NCBI GenBank assembly: GCA_038143065.1 | Contig: JAYQLI010000035.1 | Location: forward strand, 2,688,894 to 2,752,893 | Length of the DNA: 64,000 nucleotides | Source of the DNA: Rhodospirillales bacterium | Lineage (GTDB): Bacteria > Pseudomonadota > Alphaproteobacteria > Bin95 | Direction of reading: 5' to 3' | Part shown: positions 35,845 through 47,564 of the stretch, piece by piece | Layout: every line of letters starts with the position of its first letter | How positions within the stretch are numbered: the first letter of the stretch is position 1 | The notes under the pieces: model-generated | Told to the model about the DNA's origin: nothing | Databases searched by the model: none | Seen by the model: only the letters and a program-made list of their open reading frames with translations | Translations under genes and position numbers: made by a program

Positions 35845-37870
35845 ATGGCGAAAGCAGCAGCAAAAGCACAATCAAATTCAAAAGCAGCGCCTTCCAAGCG
35901 AGGGCGTGCTGAAAAGAAAGTATCCGCGCCAGAGGAAAGTGCGGATAGACTTCAGCTTGATGAAGCCGCGGCAGTTAAAAAACTTCTTGCCGCTGCGAAA
36001 GAACGTGGTTCAGTCACTTATGACGAGCTTAATGAAGCTTTGCCACCGGACCAAGTTAGCTCCGAGCAAATTGAAGATGTTATGGCAACCCTCTCAGAAA
36101 TGGGTGTCAATGTCGTAGAAGATGAAGAGCCTGATGATCTTCAGGAAGACAGAGACTCTTCTCAGGATGATGATGACGAAAACGAAGGTGGAAAGAGCCC
36201 GCGATCTGGCAACATCGCTGATGATGATATTGGGCGCACAGATGACCCAGTTCGTATGTATCTTCGGGAAATGGGATCAGTTGAGCTCCTGTCGCGCGAA
36301 GGTGAAATAGCCATAGCAAAACGTATTGAGGCCGGTCGTGAAAAGATGATCGGTGCTCTGATGTCGAGCCCATTGACCGCAGCCACCATCTTAGAGTGGC
36401 GTGAGTCACTTAAGGACGGTTCATTATTGCTGCGAGACATCCTAGACCTCGATGCTTCCATGGGAGGACAGCAGGTTGATAACAGTCAGACTGCTTTGAA
36501 CACTGATGGATCTGAAGAGGGGAAAGCTGCCAAAGCGGATGACGACAGCGAGAGTAATGAAGAGTCAGATGGTGAAGATGATGAAGATGATGAAAACGAC
36601 GCGGTAAATCTCTCTCTGGCTGCAATGGAAAGAGCCCTCCTTCCAGAATCTGAGGAACGGCTAGGTAAAATACATAGAATTCATAAGCGTCTAGACAAAG
36701 CGACTGCGGCTCGGATGGAAAGTTTCGAAGCAGGTGAAAAAGCTGATGCGGCATCCGAAAAGCGCTTCCAGAAAGTTCGACTGGAAATGCTGGAGGTTTT
36801 GGGTGATGTGCGTTTGAATAACATGCGCATCGAGCAGCTAATGGAGCAGCTTTATGATCTGAACCGTGAAGCGGTACAAATTGAAGGCCAGGTTCTGAAG
36901 CTTGCAATGAGTTCAGGTGTAAAGCGAGACATATTCATTAAGGAATGGCGCGGACGTGAAACTGATCCAAAGTGGATGAGGTCCGTAAGCCAAAAGGTTG
37001 AGTTTAAAAAAATTCTGCAAGAATCATCAGGAAGAGGTGAAAGATCTTAGAGCCAGTCTTTGGCTCATTTGCAGAACGGTTCAGATGCCTTTCAATGAGT
37101 TTAGAGAGCTGGTGACATTAGTTCAGCAAGGGGAGCGTGAAGCTGCCCGAGCAAAGAAAGAGATGGTAGAGGCTAATCTCAGACTAGTGATTTCGATTGC
37201 CAAAAAATATACAAATCGTGGCCTGCAATTCTTGGACCTGATCCAAGAAGGTAACATTGGTTTGATGAAGGCTGTCGATAAGTTTGAGTACCGTCGCGGT
37301 TATAAGTTCTCTACTTATGCCACTTGGTGGATCAGGCAGGCAATAACGCGATCTATTGCAGATCAAGCGCGCACGATCCGCATCCCTGTTCATATGATTG
37401 AGACGATTAATAAGTTGGTTCGAACAAGTCGTCAGATGCTTCATGAAATTGGGCGAGAACCTGTTCCTGAAGAGTTGGCGGTAAAGCTTGGAATGCCATT
37501 AGAAAAGGTCAGAAAGGTTCTGAAAATTGCCAAAGAGCCTATTAGTTTGGAAACACCCGTTGGTGATGAAGACGATAGTCATCTTGGCGATTTCATAGAA
37601 GATAAGAACGCTATACAGCCGATAGATAATGCTATTTTGTCAAATCTCAGGGACTCAACAACTCGGGTGCTTTCGACACTGACGCCTCGGGAGGAACGAG
37701 TTCTTCGGATGCGATTTGGTATTGGTATGAATACTGACCACACACTTGAAGAAGTAGGGCAGCAGTTTTCGGTTACCCGTGAACGTATTCGCCAAATCGA
37801 AGCTAAGGCTCTCCGAAAGCTCAAGCACCCAAGTCGCAGTCGGAAAATGCGTAGCTTCTTAGACATCTGA
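35845..37870 (+). CDS. rpoD: RNA polymerase primary sigma factor RpoD; apparent extra A in the A7 run at 37006-37012
   Basis: Region 1.1, [53 protein letters not shown]. Confidence 0.97.
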
Positions 37871-37901
37871 CATTAGCCTAAGTAACTTTTTGATTGTTAT
37901 C

Positions 37902-38957
37902 TTACCGGGTGCTCCGTTGGAGCACTCGGCCAAGGACGCTAGCCATTATAACAACTACAAAAATTCGTCCCATATGATGCACTGCTACAAACGGAGCTTC
38001 GATACCTAGAGCAAGAGCAATTAAGCTCATCTCAGCGAAGCCACCAGGAGAATAGGAGAGGTGCACGGCGCGAAAATCTAGATTGAGAGTGAGCGATATC
38101 GCATATGCGACTGCTGCAGCCATCAGTAACACCAAGAGCGTAGCGAGTGCACTCAATGCTACAGGTTTGACAAGCTCATGCGGCTTTGAACCTGCAAAGC
38201 GAGCTCCCGCACCTGAGCCAATTACAATCTGTGCAAATGCTACCAATTCCTGAGGGGGTGTTGCGGAAGTGATATTCGCGGCGTGTATAGCGGCGCTTGC
38301 AAACATAGACCCACACATTTGCCAGGCTGGTAAGCGCAGAACCTTTGCGAGTAGAGCGCCTCCGAAACCTGCGATGCCGAGTATAGCAAGATCATAAAGG
38401 TTGGCATCAGAGATGCCACCCTTACTTCCAAGGTTCGGAGCGGGAACATAACCTTCCATAAGAGCATAGGCAGGTGGCACGCACGCCATAACCATAACAA
38501 TTCTTGTAGCATGCGTTAAGACAATCGTTTTTTCATCGGCGCCTAAAGCAGGTCCTAAAATAGCCATTTCCCCTAAACCACCAGGGGTGGCACAGAACAG
38601 AGCCGTATTCCTGTCAAATTTTCCGAAACGATTGTAAAACCAGGCAACGGCGAGGGTAGCAAATGTCACAAATGCTATCATGCCTGCAAAGCTGCCACCC
38701 CATAATACCATGTGGTCCAGTGTTTCAGGACCAAAACAGCTACCGAGCATTACACCTAGAACTATTATCCAAAGTCTTCTGAAAAGCTGGGGTACTTGTA
38801 GAGGTAATCCTATCATAGAGCCAATCATCGTAGCACTGAGAGCGCCAAGCATCCATGGAAGTGGTGTACCAAGGCGGGTGAATAACCAACCGCCAGAAGC
38901 GCCGATTATTAGAGTTAGCCCTAATTGCGGCCAATAAGATTTGCTACACTTTTTCAA
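37902..38957 (-). CDS. AbrB family membrane protein (putative 'ammonia monooxygenase' family)
   Basis: P.PWMLG, duplicated PGG..EM motifs, multi-pass hydrophobic. Confidence 0.88.
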   Translation of the reverse strand: MKKCSKSYWPQLGLTLIIGASGGWLFTRLGTPLPWMLGALSATMIGSMIGLPLQVPQLFRRLWIIVLGVMLGSCFGPETLDHMVLWGGSFAGMIAFVTFATLAVAWFYNRFGKFDRNTALFCATPGGLGEMAILGPALGADEKTIVLTHATRIVMVMACVPPAYALMEGYVPAPNLGSKGGISDANLYDLAILGIAGFGGALLAKVLRLPAWQMCGSMFASAAIHAANITSATPPQELVAFAQIVIGSGAGARFAGSKPHELVKPVALSALATLLVLLMAAAVAYAISLTLNLDFRAVHLSYSPGGFAEMSLIALALGIEAPFVAVHHMGRIFVVVIMASVLGRVLQRSTR

Positions 38958-39739
38958 CTCTGGAATTGCTCTTTGAGTACTCGCTCTTCCAGGTCGTGCT
39001 CAGGGTCAAATAACATTTTAAAGGCATGAGTTGGATCTTCACTGATTTCGACACGAGTAACATCTCGCGCCTCAGTATAATCCGCTACAGCTAAAACTGG
39101 CCGTTTTTCAGGGTCTAAAACATCAAATACAACTTTGGCTTGGGATGGTAGTAAGGCGCCGCGCCAGCGCCGAGGTCGAAACGCGCTAATTGGGGTCAGG
39201 CAGAGAACTTCGGAGTTGAGAGGTACAACCGGTCCATGAGCTGAAAGGTTGTAGGCTGTACTGCCCGCAGGCGTTGCAACCAAAGCGCCATCACAAACAA
39301 GCTCTGGAAGACGTTCTATTCCATCAACCGTTATACGTATTTTGGCGCTTTGGCGAGTTTGGCGCAGCAGAGATACTTCATTGATTGCAAGAGCTTCAAC
39401 AACTGAACCGTCAGAATTAATTGCTGTCATTCGTAATGGTGTTAGATCGACCGCTTTAGCATCAGCAATCCTCGCGACAAGATCATTCTCTGAATAAGAG
39501 TTCATCAAGAAGCCGACAGTACCTCGCTGCATACCAAAGATGGGAACATTCCTAGCCGAATTGCCATGCAACGTTTCTAACATAAAGCCGTCGCCACCTA
39601 GTGCAACGATGACGTCTGCATCTTCGGGCTGCACATGGCTATATTTGGTCTTGAGCGCCTTTAAACTCCGTTGCGCAGCTGGTGCCCCAGAAGCGAGGAA
39701 TGCTAGCTTTGTCAATTTATCATTCAAAATTCTGTTCAC
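38954..39739 (-). CDS. nadK: NAD kinase
   Basis: [33 protein letters not shown]. Confidence 0.94.
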   Translation of the reverse strand: MNRILNDKLTKLAFLASGAPAAQRSLKALKTKYSHVQPEDADVIVALGGDGFMLETLHGNSARNVPIFGMQRGTVGFLMNSYSENDLVARIADAKAVDLTPLRMTAINSDGSVVEALAINEVSLLRQTRQSAKIRITVDGIERLPELVCDGALVATPAGSTAYNLSAHGPVVPLNSEVLCLTPISAFRPRRWRGALLPSQAKVVFDVLDPEKRPVLAVADYTEARDVTRVEISEDPTHAFKMLFDPEHDLEERVLKEQFQS

Positions 39740-40779
39740 CCACCTGTGACGCTCATGTGCCTGCCTACAGACTTAGCGCCTTGTCTGCGATCGATAACAA
39801 AATCGTGACCTTTTGGTTTCCTTTCGATAGCATTATGTATCGCTTGCTTTAATGCCATATCATCATCGCTAGCTCGAAGTGGGCTGCGCAGATCAGCGTC
39901 ATCGTCTTGCCCTAGGCACATGAAAAGTGTCCCAGTACATGTGAGCCTTACTCGATTGCAATCCTCACAAAAATTATGAGTTAGAGGTGTAATAAAACCG
40001 ATTCTCTGGCCAGTTTCCTTAACATCAAAATATCGGGCTGGTCCGCCTGTCCGATGGCTGCTCTCTTCAAGTGTGAAGCGTTTTTGTAATCGGGAACGAA
40101 CAAGGCTTAGAGGCAAATACTGGTCAAGCCGTTCTTCTCCCCCAATATCGCCCATCGGCATGACTTCTATTAGGGTCAGATCAAAACCTTCCTCACCACA
40201 CCATGCTAGCATATTTTCTATTTCATCATCATTAACGCCCTTGAGTGCAACGGCATTAATCTTAATTGCTAGTCCTGCACGTTTGGCAGCCTCAAGGCCA
40301 CCAAGCACCTGTTCCAGACGCCCCCACCGGGTAATGTTTTTAAATTTTTGGTGGTCCAAGGTATCCAAAGATACGTTTACTCGTCGGACCCCGGCATCAA
40401 CGAGTGCAGGTGCAAAGCGCTCTAGCTGGCTTCCATTTGTTGTTAGCGTTAACTCCTCAAGTTTACCTTGGTCGATTAGTTGACCTAAATTGTTGATAAG
40501 CTGCATCACATTACGGCGCACCAATGGCTCGCCGCCGGTTAAGCGGAGCTTTCTAACTCCTAAATCTACGAAGGCTCGGCAGACTCGCTCTAGCTCTTCT
40601 AGGGTCAGAAGGTCTTTCTTCGGTAAGAAAGACATGTTTTCTGACATGCAATAGACACATCTGAAGTCACAACGGTCAGTGACTGAAACGCGCAAATACG
40701 AAATTGCACGTCCGAACGGGTCAATTATAGGTTTGCTGGTCATGGGCAATTCTGTCAGAGACATTGTCTCTTTTGGCAT
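39736..40779 (-). CDS. moaA: GTP 3',8-cyclase MoaA (true start may be 40764 or 40743)
   Basis: [11 protein letters not shown] radical SAM motif, [15 protein letters not shown]-terminal MSVTGG. Confidence 0.97.
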   Translation of the reverse strand: MPKETMSLTELPMTSKPIIDPFGRAISYLRVSVTDRCDFRCVYCMSENMSFLPKKDLLTLEELERVCRAFVDLGVRKLRLTGGEPLVRRNVMQLINNLGQLIDQGKLEELTLTTNGSQLERFAPALVDAGVRRVNVSLDTLDHQKFKNITRWGRLEQVLGGLEAAKRAGLAIKINAVALKGVNDDEIENMLAWCGEEGFDLTLIEVMPMGDIGGEERLDQYLPLSLVRSRLQKRFTLEESSHRTGGPARYFDVKETGQRIGFITPLTHNFCEDCNRVRLTCTGTLFMCLGQDDDADLRSPLRASDDDMALKQAIHNAIERKPKGHDFVIDRRQGAKSVGRHMSVTGG

Positions 40780-40852
40780 CTTTCTGTTTGATTGTAATCA
40801 GTAAATCACGGAAACCTTCATATCGCTACTAAATGAGAGATCGACAAGAGGA

Positions 40853-41425
40853 ATGTGCAAAAAGGTTTTTGGCATAGTTCTGGCTGGTGGTCATGGTCGC
40901 AGGCTTGGAGGGATAGATAAGGCTACACTTCAAATTGGTGGTTGTTCAACACTCAGTCGAGCCAAGCGCGTCTTATCCTTTGCTGATGCAATTGCTGTAT
41001 CCGGAAGGGAAGGAGAAGGCGTACCTCGTATTGATGATAAAATTAAAAATAAAGGACCTTTGGCTGGGATTGCGGCCAGTCTTGCTTGGGCAGAAGAAGG
41101 AGGCGCTGAATGGTTGGCGACGGTGCCTACGGATATGCCATTTCTAGCTTCAGCCCTTTACGTAAAACTCCTCAATGCTGCGGATGGTAGTGATTTGGCT
41201 GTTGCAAGAGTAGAAAATCGCCGACATTGGCTGGTGGCTGTATGGTCAGTTAAGCTTGCGCTTGCTGCGCAGGAGGCACTGAGAGGCGATGATCTTAGTA
41301 TTGCCCATTTTGCTAGAATGCTTCGTACACGTGAGCTGATTATTCCACATGGAAATCAAATGTTTTTAAATATTAATACGAAAGCTGATTTGGAGCTCGC
41401 ACAAGCGCAAGTTGAAGCTCCTTAG
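40853..41425 (+). CDS. mobA: Molybdenum cofactor guanylyltransferase
   Basis: LAGG.GRR.GG.DK, GPLAG, PTDMPF, FLNINT; divergent from moaA. Confidence 0.9.
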   Translation: MCKKVFGIVLAGGHGRRLGGIDKATLQIGGCSTLSRAKRVLSFADAIAVSGREGEGVPRIDDKIKNKGPLAGIAASLAWAEEGGAEWLATVPTDMPFLASALYVKLLNAADGSDLAVARVENRRHWLVAVWSVKLALAAQEALRGDDLSIAHFARMLRTRELIIPHGNQMFLNINTKADLELAQAQVEAP

Positions 41426-41565
41426 ATCGTGGATATCGTTATAACCTTCAATATTGGGTATACGCATCGCTTGGATTGCTTGGTTCCCATATTTGTAACT
41501 CGTAGTTCATAAAATTTCGAAAAATTGAGGTAGGCGTCTTATCAATGAAGAATTATGGCGAAGGA

Positions 41566-42799
41566 TCATTCATGTTTGCCAATGATACCGCGCTCTTCGA
41601 GATTAGCAATTTGTTGGTCGTCCAAGCCAAGCCGCTCCTTAAGGATCAATCTATTATGTTGTCCAAGTGTCGGGGGAGCTTCAAAGGCCCGAAGTTGGGA
41701 GCTGGAAAAATTTAGAGGCGATCCTAAAACACGTATCTTGCCAGCAGTTGGGTGGTCCACTTCTTCAACCATTCCCCGCGCTGCAATTTCATCTGATTCT
41801 AGTGCTTCGCCAAGTGTGCGAACGGGTCCTGCAGGAAGGTGGCGCATTCGCTTCAGCCATTCTTCCCTCGGCTTCGTTTTAAATATATCGGCCAAGATTT
41901 TGAAAAGCTCAGGCCGGTTTTTCAATCTATCTGAGGGTTCTTTGAACTGAGGATCGGTAACTAGGTCAGGGCGCTCAAGCACGTCTTCGCACAATTGCCG
42001 GTATAAACGGTTTGTTCCCAGGGCCATGTAAAGAGGACCGTCCGCAGCATAGAATAAATTAGTTGGTGTAGACGTCATGTGGGAATTTCCAGCACGCTTT
42101 GGCTGATCTCCAGAACAAAGATAGAAAAGACCCGCATTACCTAAAGCTGCAACGGCCATATCCATTAGAGCTAAATCTATACGTTGTCCTTTGCCTGATT
42201 TATTTCTAGCGAGTAGTGCAGCACAAATCGCTCCTACAGACTGTAGACCAGTCATGGTATCTACCAGACTTAGGGCATGACGCATTGGTTCGCCTTCAGG
42301 TTCGCCGGTTAAGGACATCATTCCTGATTCTGCTTGCAATACTGGATCAAAACCTGGTCTATCCCACATGGGACCAGTCTGGCCGTAAGCTGACACTGAA
42401 AGATAAATCAATTTGGGAAATTTATGTTTAAGGCTCTCGAAGTCGAGGCCAAATTTCTTCATTACGCCGGGTCTGTAATTTCTCTACTAAGACGTCTGTA
42501 TCTGTGAGCAGATCTAAGATTATTGCCTTTCCATCTTCGGTACGTGGATCAATTGATAAGCTTTGTTTTGAGCGATTAAATGCTAGGAAAAAGTGAGCTT
42601 GGCCGCCGGCACTAGGGGTGCTCATGCGGCGTGTGTCATCTCCGCCGTCTGGGTTTTCAATTTTGATAACCTGCGCCCCCATGTCAGCAAGCTGCTGGGT
42701 GCAAAGTGGGCCTGCAATAATGCGTGAAAAATCCAGCACGCGGATGCCTTCAAGTGGTGGAGGCTCTGTTGCGGCTAAAATATTCTCTGGTGCGGTCAT
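41566..42799 (-). CDS. Family III CoA-transferase (operon gene 4); frameshift near 42482
   Basis: DFSRIIAGP, GGDDTR, FNRSK, FDPVLQAESG, catalytic Asp in LSLVD, PPTLGQHN. Confidence 0.9.
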
Positions 42800-43909
42800 T
42801 GGTTGTGCTTCCAGAGGTCTAAGAGATTTGGTCCTCCAGTGTTGAGTGCCGGTGCCGGTGCCGGATCTGCAATAGGTGTATCTCGAAATCTCAGTGGATT
42901 ACGAATTGATGGAACGCCACCTCCCTGCTTTTGGGACACTATCAAGCCGCGCTGAGTAGATTCCTTGGCGCTTATTGCCTCGTTGATGTCTCGAATTGGC
43001 CCTCCTGGTACGCCACCGCTCTTCATCTTTTGGATCCATTCGTCACGAGATTGGCTCTTGAATAGTGGTACTAGAATTGCCAACAAAGCAGATTGATTGG
43101 ATACCCGGATCAGAGTTTGTAACAAAGCGCGGGTCTTCAGCGAGCTCTGGCATTTCAATCATATTTTCGACAAAGCGTTTCCAAACCCGCTCACCCGCAA
43201 CGGTCAATTGGAATTCTCCATCTGCTGCTTGAAATACCCCAAGAGGTGCCGCCGCCGGACTGTTGTTTCCAAAGCGAGTAGGCCTGACACCATTTACGAG
43301 ATATTGGGTGGCATAATGATATGATAGCACCACGCCTTGGTCATAAAGTGCTATGTCGATGTCTTCCCCAGCGCCGTCATCCTCGCGTGCAATCAGAGAA
43401 GCTAACATTGCATGCGCAGCGCTTGCGCCTGCGCCTTGCGCGATCATAGGTAAACCTGTTCGAACGGGAGCAAAGTCTGGGCGACCATTGATTGCTAGGA
43501 AACCAGACTCTGCCTGCAAGGTCACTTCATGATGTTCGGGCGATTCAAAATCTTCTCCATAAGGTGTTATCCGTGCAACAACGAGAGAATCTGGGCCTAT
43601 CTGTCTTGCTATTCCCATATCAGTCCCATCGATGCAGCCATCAGCTGCGGCAAGCAGCTCTCTCAAGGTTTCTTTTCCAGCAGTTTTAGTGACATCTAAA
43701 ACTAACGATGATTTACCGCGATTTAGAGCATGAAATATGCCCGGGGCGCCCAATATATTTGGACCAGGCCATTGACGGATAGCATCACCCCCAGGAGCTT
43801 CCACTTTAACTACCTCAGCACCAAGATCGGAAAAATTCCGACCGGCAAATGCAACTGCTGGCCCCTCGCCAATTTCAACTATACGAAGTCCTTCTAGTGG
43901 CCCCGTCAT
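42796..43909 (-). CDS. Divergent family III CoA-transferase-like subunit (operon gene 3); frameshift near 43107
   Basis: GAEVVKVE, LNRGKSS, LQAESG, DPRF retained; catalytic Asp position reads Ala (GLPMIAQGAG). Confidence 0.82.
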
Positions 43910-45097
43910 GATAAATTATCCATTCCGTTAATCTCTGCAATCTGAGCTTCGCTATAGCCGAGCCATGTCTTGAGGACCTTATCTGTATCCTGACCGAGTA
44001 TTGGCGCCCCTTGAGCTGGTTTTGTTCCTCGATACTTTAGTCGAAAAGGTGGGCCGAGTTCCGGTGCGTCATCTAAAATTGGATGCAGGGGCACGGCCTG
44101 TGAGACCGCGGCGTTTGGTTTCTTTTGATTCAATGGCTTCCGGTGTTTCTCTCAAAAGTGCAACCGGAACACCTGCCTCACGCAAACGTATAACCCAATC
44201 AGCAGCTGGAGCTGTCGCAATAGCTTCTTGAACTACTTTATCCAACTTGTCTCGATTATTAAATCTACCAACTGGTGTTAAGTAATCTAACGATTCAGCA
44301 ATATCGTGGCGGTCTATGAGTGAGAAAAAGGCCTTAAATTGTTTGTTGTCAGCCGCCGTCAATACAACTAATTCCCCGTCACTAGCTATGTAGCTGTTTG
44401 AAGGAGCAATCCAGTGATCCGCATTTCCAAGCCGGGTTGGGTTTTGGCCTCCTAACATCCGCTGGATTGCTAGAGGAAGCGTGTTGAAAGCACCTGTGTC
44501 ATATAATGGAGCCTCTACGAATTGACCAAGACCGGTTTTTTTCCTACGCCAAAGGGCTGCTAAGGCGGCTAGTGCTCCATTTAACCCCGTAGTTACGTCA
44601 GTCATTGGAATTGCTGTTCGTACTGGCTCGTGTTCGGGGTGGCCAGTCAAAGATTGATAGCCTGATTCAGCTTGTACAACAGGATCGTAACCTGGTTGTT
44701 GGGCGAATGGTCCATCTCGTCCATAAGCTGAAGTTGAAATGTATATCAGTTCTGGTCGTCTTACAGAGTCGTAATCTAATCCGTATTTAGCCATCACGCC
44801 GGTAGAAAAATTTTCAATTACTATGTCTGCTTTGTTGATAAGCTCCCGGGCAGTTGCCAATCCTAAGGGTGTTTGCAAGTCAATGGCTACAGACTGTTTC
44901 CCTCGGTTGTATGCTAAAAATGCTGGAGATAAGCCTTTGTAATCAGGCGGGCGATATCCGCGAGTATCATCTCCTCCTTGAGGATGCTCGAGCTTTACTA
45001 CCTCAGCGCCTAGATCAGACAGAATAAGGGCAGCAACAGGTCCAGCAATTACACGAGTGAAATCAACAACTTTAATTCCATTAAGTGGAGGAGGCAC
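43906..45097 (-). CDS. Family III CoA-transferase (operon gene 2); frameshift near 44088
   Basis: DFTRVIAGP, GGDDTR, YNRGK, YDPVVQAESG, catalytic Asp in IPMTD, APILGQDT. Confidence 0.9.
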
Positions 45098-45101
45098 TTG
45101 G

Positions 45102-46324
45102 TTATTCCTTGGTTTCGACGGCTATACCGTCTTGGATTAACTTCTCTATCTCATTATGGGAGAGCCCCGCAAAGGCGAGGCAATCTCGGGAATGTTGGCC
45201 CAGTAAAGGGGGGCGGTCAAAGTAGCTGTTGGCGTTCTGGAAAAATGCATTGGGCTTGCAATTTGTTCTATTGGTCCAAGGCGCTCATGTGTTGTTGTAT
45301 GAACCATGCCGCGGGCTCTTAGTTCAGGGGCTGCAAGAGCCTCAACTAGATCACGAACAATACCAACTGGCATTCCGGCCGCGCGTAATTTTTCTATCCA
45401 TTCGGATTTTGTTTTTTGTTTTAGGATGGAAGAAATTATTTCGCGCGTATAGTCTCTGTTTCGCACTCGGCTTGCATTATCTTTAAGCTTTGGGTCTTTC
45501 AGTAATTCAGGGCGCTCCAAACCTTCTTTGCAAAATCTTTGCCACTGGCGCTCATTCCCGCAAATCAAAGAAATCAAGCCATCTTCGCATTCATAGTTTC
45601 CAAGTGGCTCTACAAATGGATGTTCGCTGCCATAGCGCTTTGGGCTTATACCTGTCAGTAAGGCAAGCTGAGCATAATTGGCTCCAACTGCGGCAGCACT
45701 ATCTAGTAAAGCGATGTCAATTTGCTGACCCAGTCCATCCTTAGTTCTTGCGTGCAAAGCTCCCAGTATTGCCTGACAAGCAAACATACCGGTGAACATA
45801 TCTGCGTAGGAAATTCCAGTTCGAAGTGGTGGTCCATCTGGCTCGCCGGTCATCCACATCATGCCACTCTCGGCTTGAGCAATTGGATCGTAACCAGCAA
45901 CCATTTTATTTGGACTGGAGTGACCATATCCAGTCACGGAACAGTAAATTAGGCTCTTGTTGACTTGTTTAAGATTATCGTAGCCAAGTCCATGCCTGGT
46001 CATTACATCAGCCCGAAAATTTTCGATTACCACGTCAGCTTTGGCGGCTAGCCGAAAAATCACCTCTTGCCCGGCCTTAGTTGTGATATCCAGCGCAAGG
46101 CTCTGTTTGTTTCGATTAACGGCTAAAAAATAAGCGGATTCCCCGGATCCGTCAGGTAATAAGTCATAGCGCCGAGTGTCGTCACCGCCATTGGGATGCT
46201 CTATCTTGATTACCCTGGCGCCAAGATCTGCAAGTGACAAAGATGCCCACGGGCCTGCTAGCACCCTGGTGAAATCAAGCACTACTAGATCTTCCAAGGG
46301 TGTTGCTGCAGCGGGTTTGGACAT
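45102..46324 (-). CDS. Family III CoA-transferase (operon gene 1); frameshift near 45210
   Basis: DFTRVLAGP, GGDDTR, NRNK, ENFR, YDPIAQAESG, catalytic Asp in ISYAD; adding one C restores PPLLGQHS with stop at 45102. Confidence 0.9.
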
Positions 46325-46408
46325 GGCGTGTTTATTCTTTCAAAGGATCTTATTTAAATGATAATTCAAATCGTGGCCGACACGCCTAGGCCACGTCAAT
46401 TGAAAGAT

Positions 46409-47152
46409 TTAGAGATCTAATTTAGCTCTCTTAGTTCTTCGCTTTTTTGCAGCGGACCGAGCTAGAAGATTTAGCCCCTCGACGATGATCGCAAAGGCTA
46501 TCGCGAAATACAGATATCCTCTTGGAATGTGGAAATGTAACCCATCTGCGATTAACGCCACGCCAATTAAAAGAAGAAATGAAAGTGCTAGCATTTTTGC
46601 CGTGGGATGTTGTTGTATGAACTGAGACACGTGATCTGCAGCGAACAACATCACTCCAACGGCAGTAATCACTGCAGCTATCATGACTTCGATATGGGGG
46701 GTCATGCCAACAGCGGTAATTATAGAGTCTAAAGAAAATACAAGATCCAAAGCCATTATTTGTGCTACGGCCATGCCAAATGTTGAAATAGCATTTTGGT
46801 TTTTTTCTATGTGTTCTCCCTCTACGGCGTGGTGAATTTCCAGCGTTCCTTTTATTAAAAGGAATAGCCCTCCACTGATGAGGATTATATCGCGCCAAGA
46901 GACTCCAGATCCAAACAAGTTAAAGGCAGGCTTAGTAAGACCAACGATCCAAGCAATCAAAAGAAGCATTAATATGCGCATTGCCAGCGCACCTATTAGC
47001 CCGACGCGACGCGCTAAAGGCTGCTGTTCCTCGGGTAACTTACTAGCTACAATCGATATGAAGATGAGGTTATCTACGCCAAGTACTATTTCAAGAGCCG
47101 CCAATGTGGCGAAGCTTAGCCATATATCTGGATTGAAAAGAAGCTCGATCAC
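46409..47152 (-). CDS. TerC family membrane protein
   Basis: LEIVLGVDN, DLVFSLDSIITAVG, HPTAKMLALSFL, IPRGYLYFA. Confidence 0.94.
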   Translation of the reverse strand: MIELLFNPDIWLSFATLAALEIVLGVDNLIFISIVASKLPEEQQPLARRVGLIGALAMRILMLLLIAWIVGLTKPAFNLFGSGVSWRDIILISGGLFLLIKGTLEIHHAVEGEHIEKNQNAISTFGMAVAQIMALDLVFSLDSIITAVGMTPHIEVMIAAVITAVGVMLFAADHVSQFIQQHPTAKMLALSFLLLIGVALIADGLHFHIPRGYLYFAIAFAIIVEGLNLLARSAAKKRRTKRAKLDL

Positions 47153-47451
47153 TGTTCTGTCTTGAGTTTTCCAATGCGTGCTGTGAGCTCATCCGATCTA
47201 ATATGTCCACGCTCGATCAGACTTTTGCGCAATCCTAAGAGCCATCGTCCATAGTATGGTGCTTCGTCATAAGTAGTTTGGTCAAGTTCTTCTTGTGTGC
47301 GGCGAGATACATCGGAAGTCATAGTAGGGTCTATTTTGCCCATCAGTAATCGAAGGGCATCAACACGTTTATCAAATAGAGAGGGCTCATATTCGCTTTT
47401 GTCGATCGGCCCTGCTTCTTGGCCACCATAGTCGGATGGAAGTCTAGCCAT
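47149..47451 (-). CDS. Nitrile hydratase beta N-terminal / thiocyanate hydrolase ScnB-like small protein
   Basis: D.GG...GP, FDKRVDAL, RR..EEL....Y....YYGRW, LIERGHI...EL pattern. Confidence 0.72.
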   Translation of the reverse strand: MARLPSDYGGQEAGPIDKSEYEPSLFDKRVDALRLLMGKIDPTMTSDVSRRTQEELDQTTYDEAPYYGRWLLGLRKSLIERGHIRSDELTARIGKLKTEQ

Positions 47452-47564
47452 GATTTTGCCTTCTAAAAATCTCGAGATCTCAGTCTATAGATGAATTCGA
47501 GTTAAGTGAACTGGCCATCCTGATTTTTAATACTCTATCCAATTTAGATTGATAGCCTGGAATA

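Noticed and set aside
36995-37020. Slippery-looking TTTAAAAAAA in rpoD as a programmed frameshift
   Set aside because: Rejoining needs removal of one A (a +1 shift), not the -1 shift such heptamers promote, and the window has about 20 similar indels, so assembly error is far more likely.
37902-38957. Evidence for ammonia oxidation from the 'putative ammonia monooxygenase' family protein
   Set aside because: AbrB-family membrane proteins are not AmoA, and no amoCAB-like genes are present.
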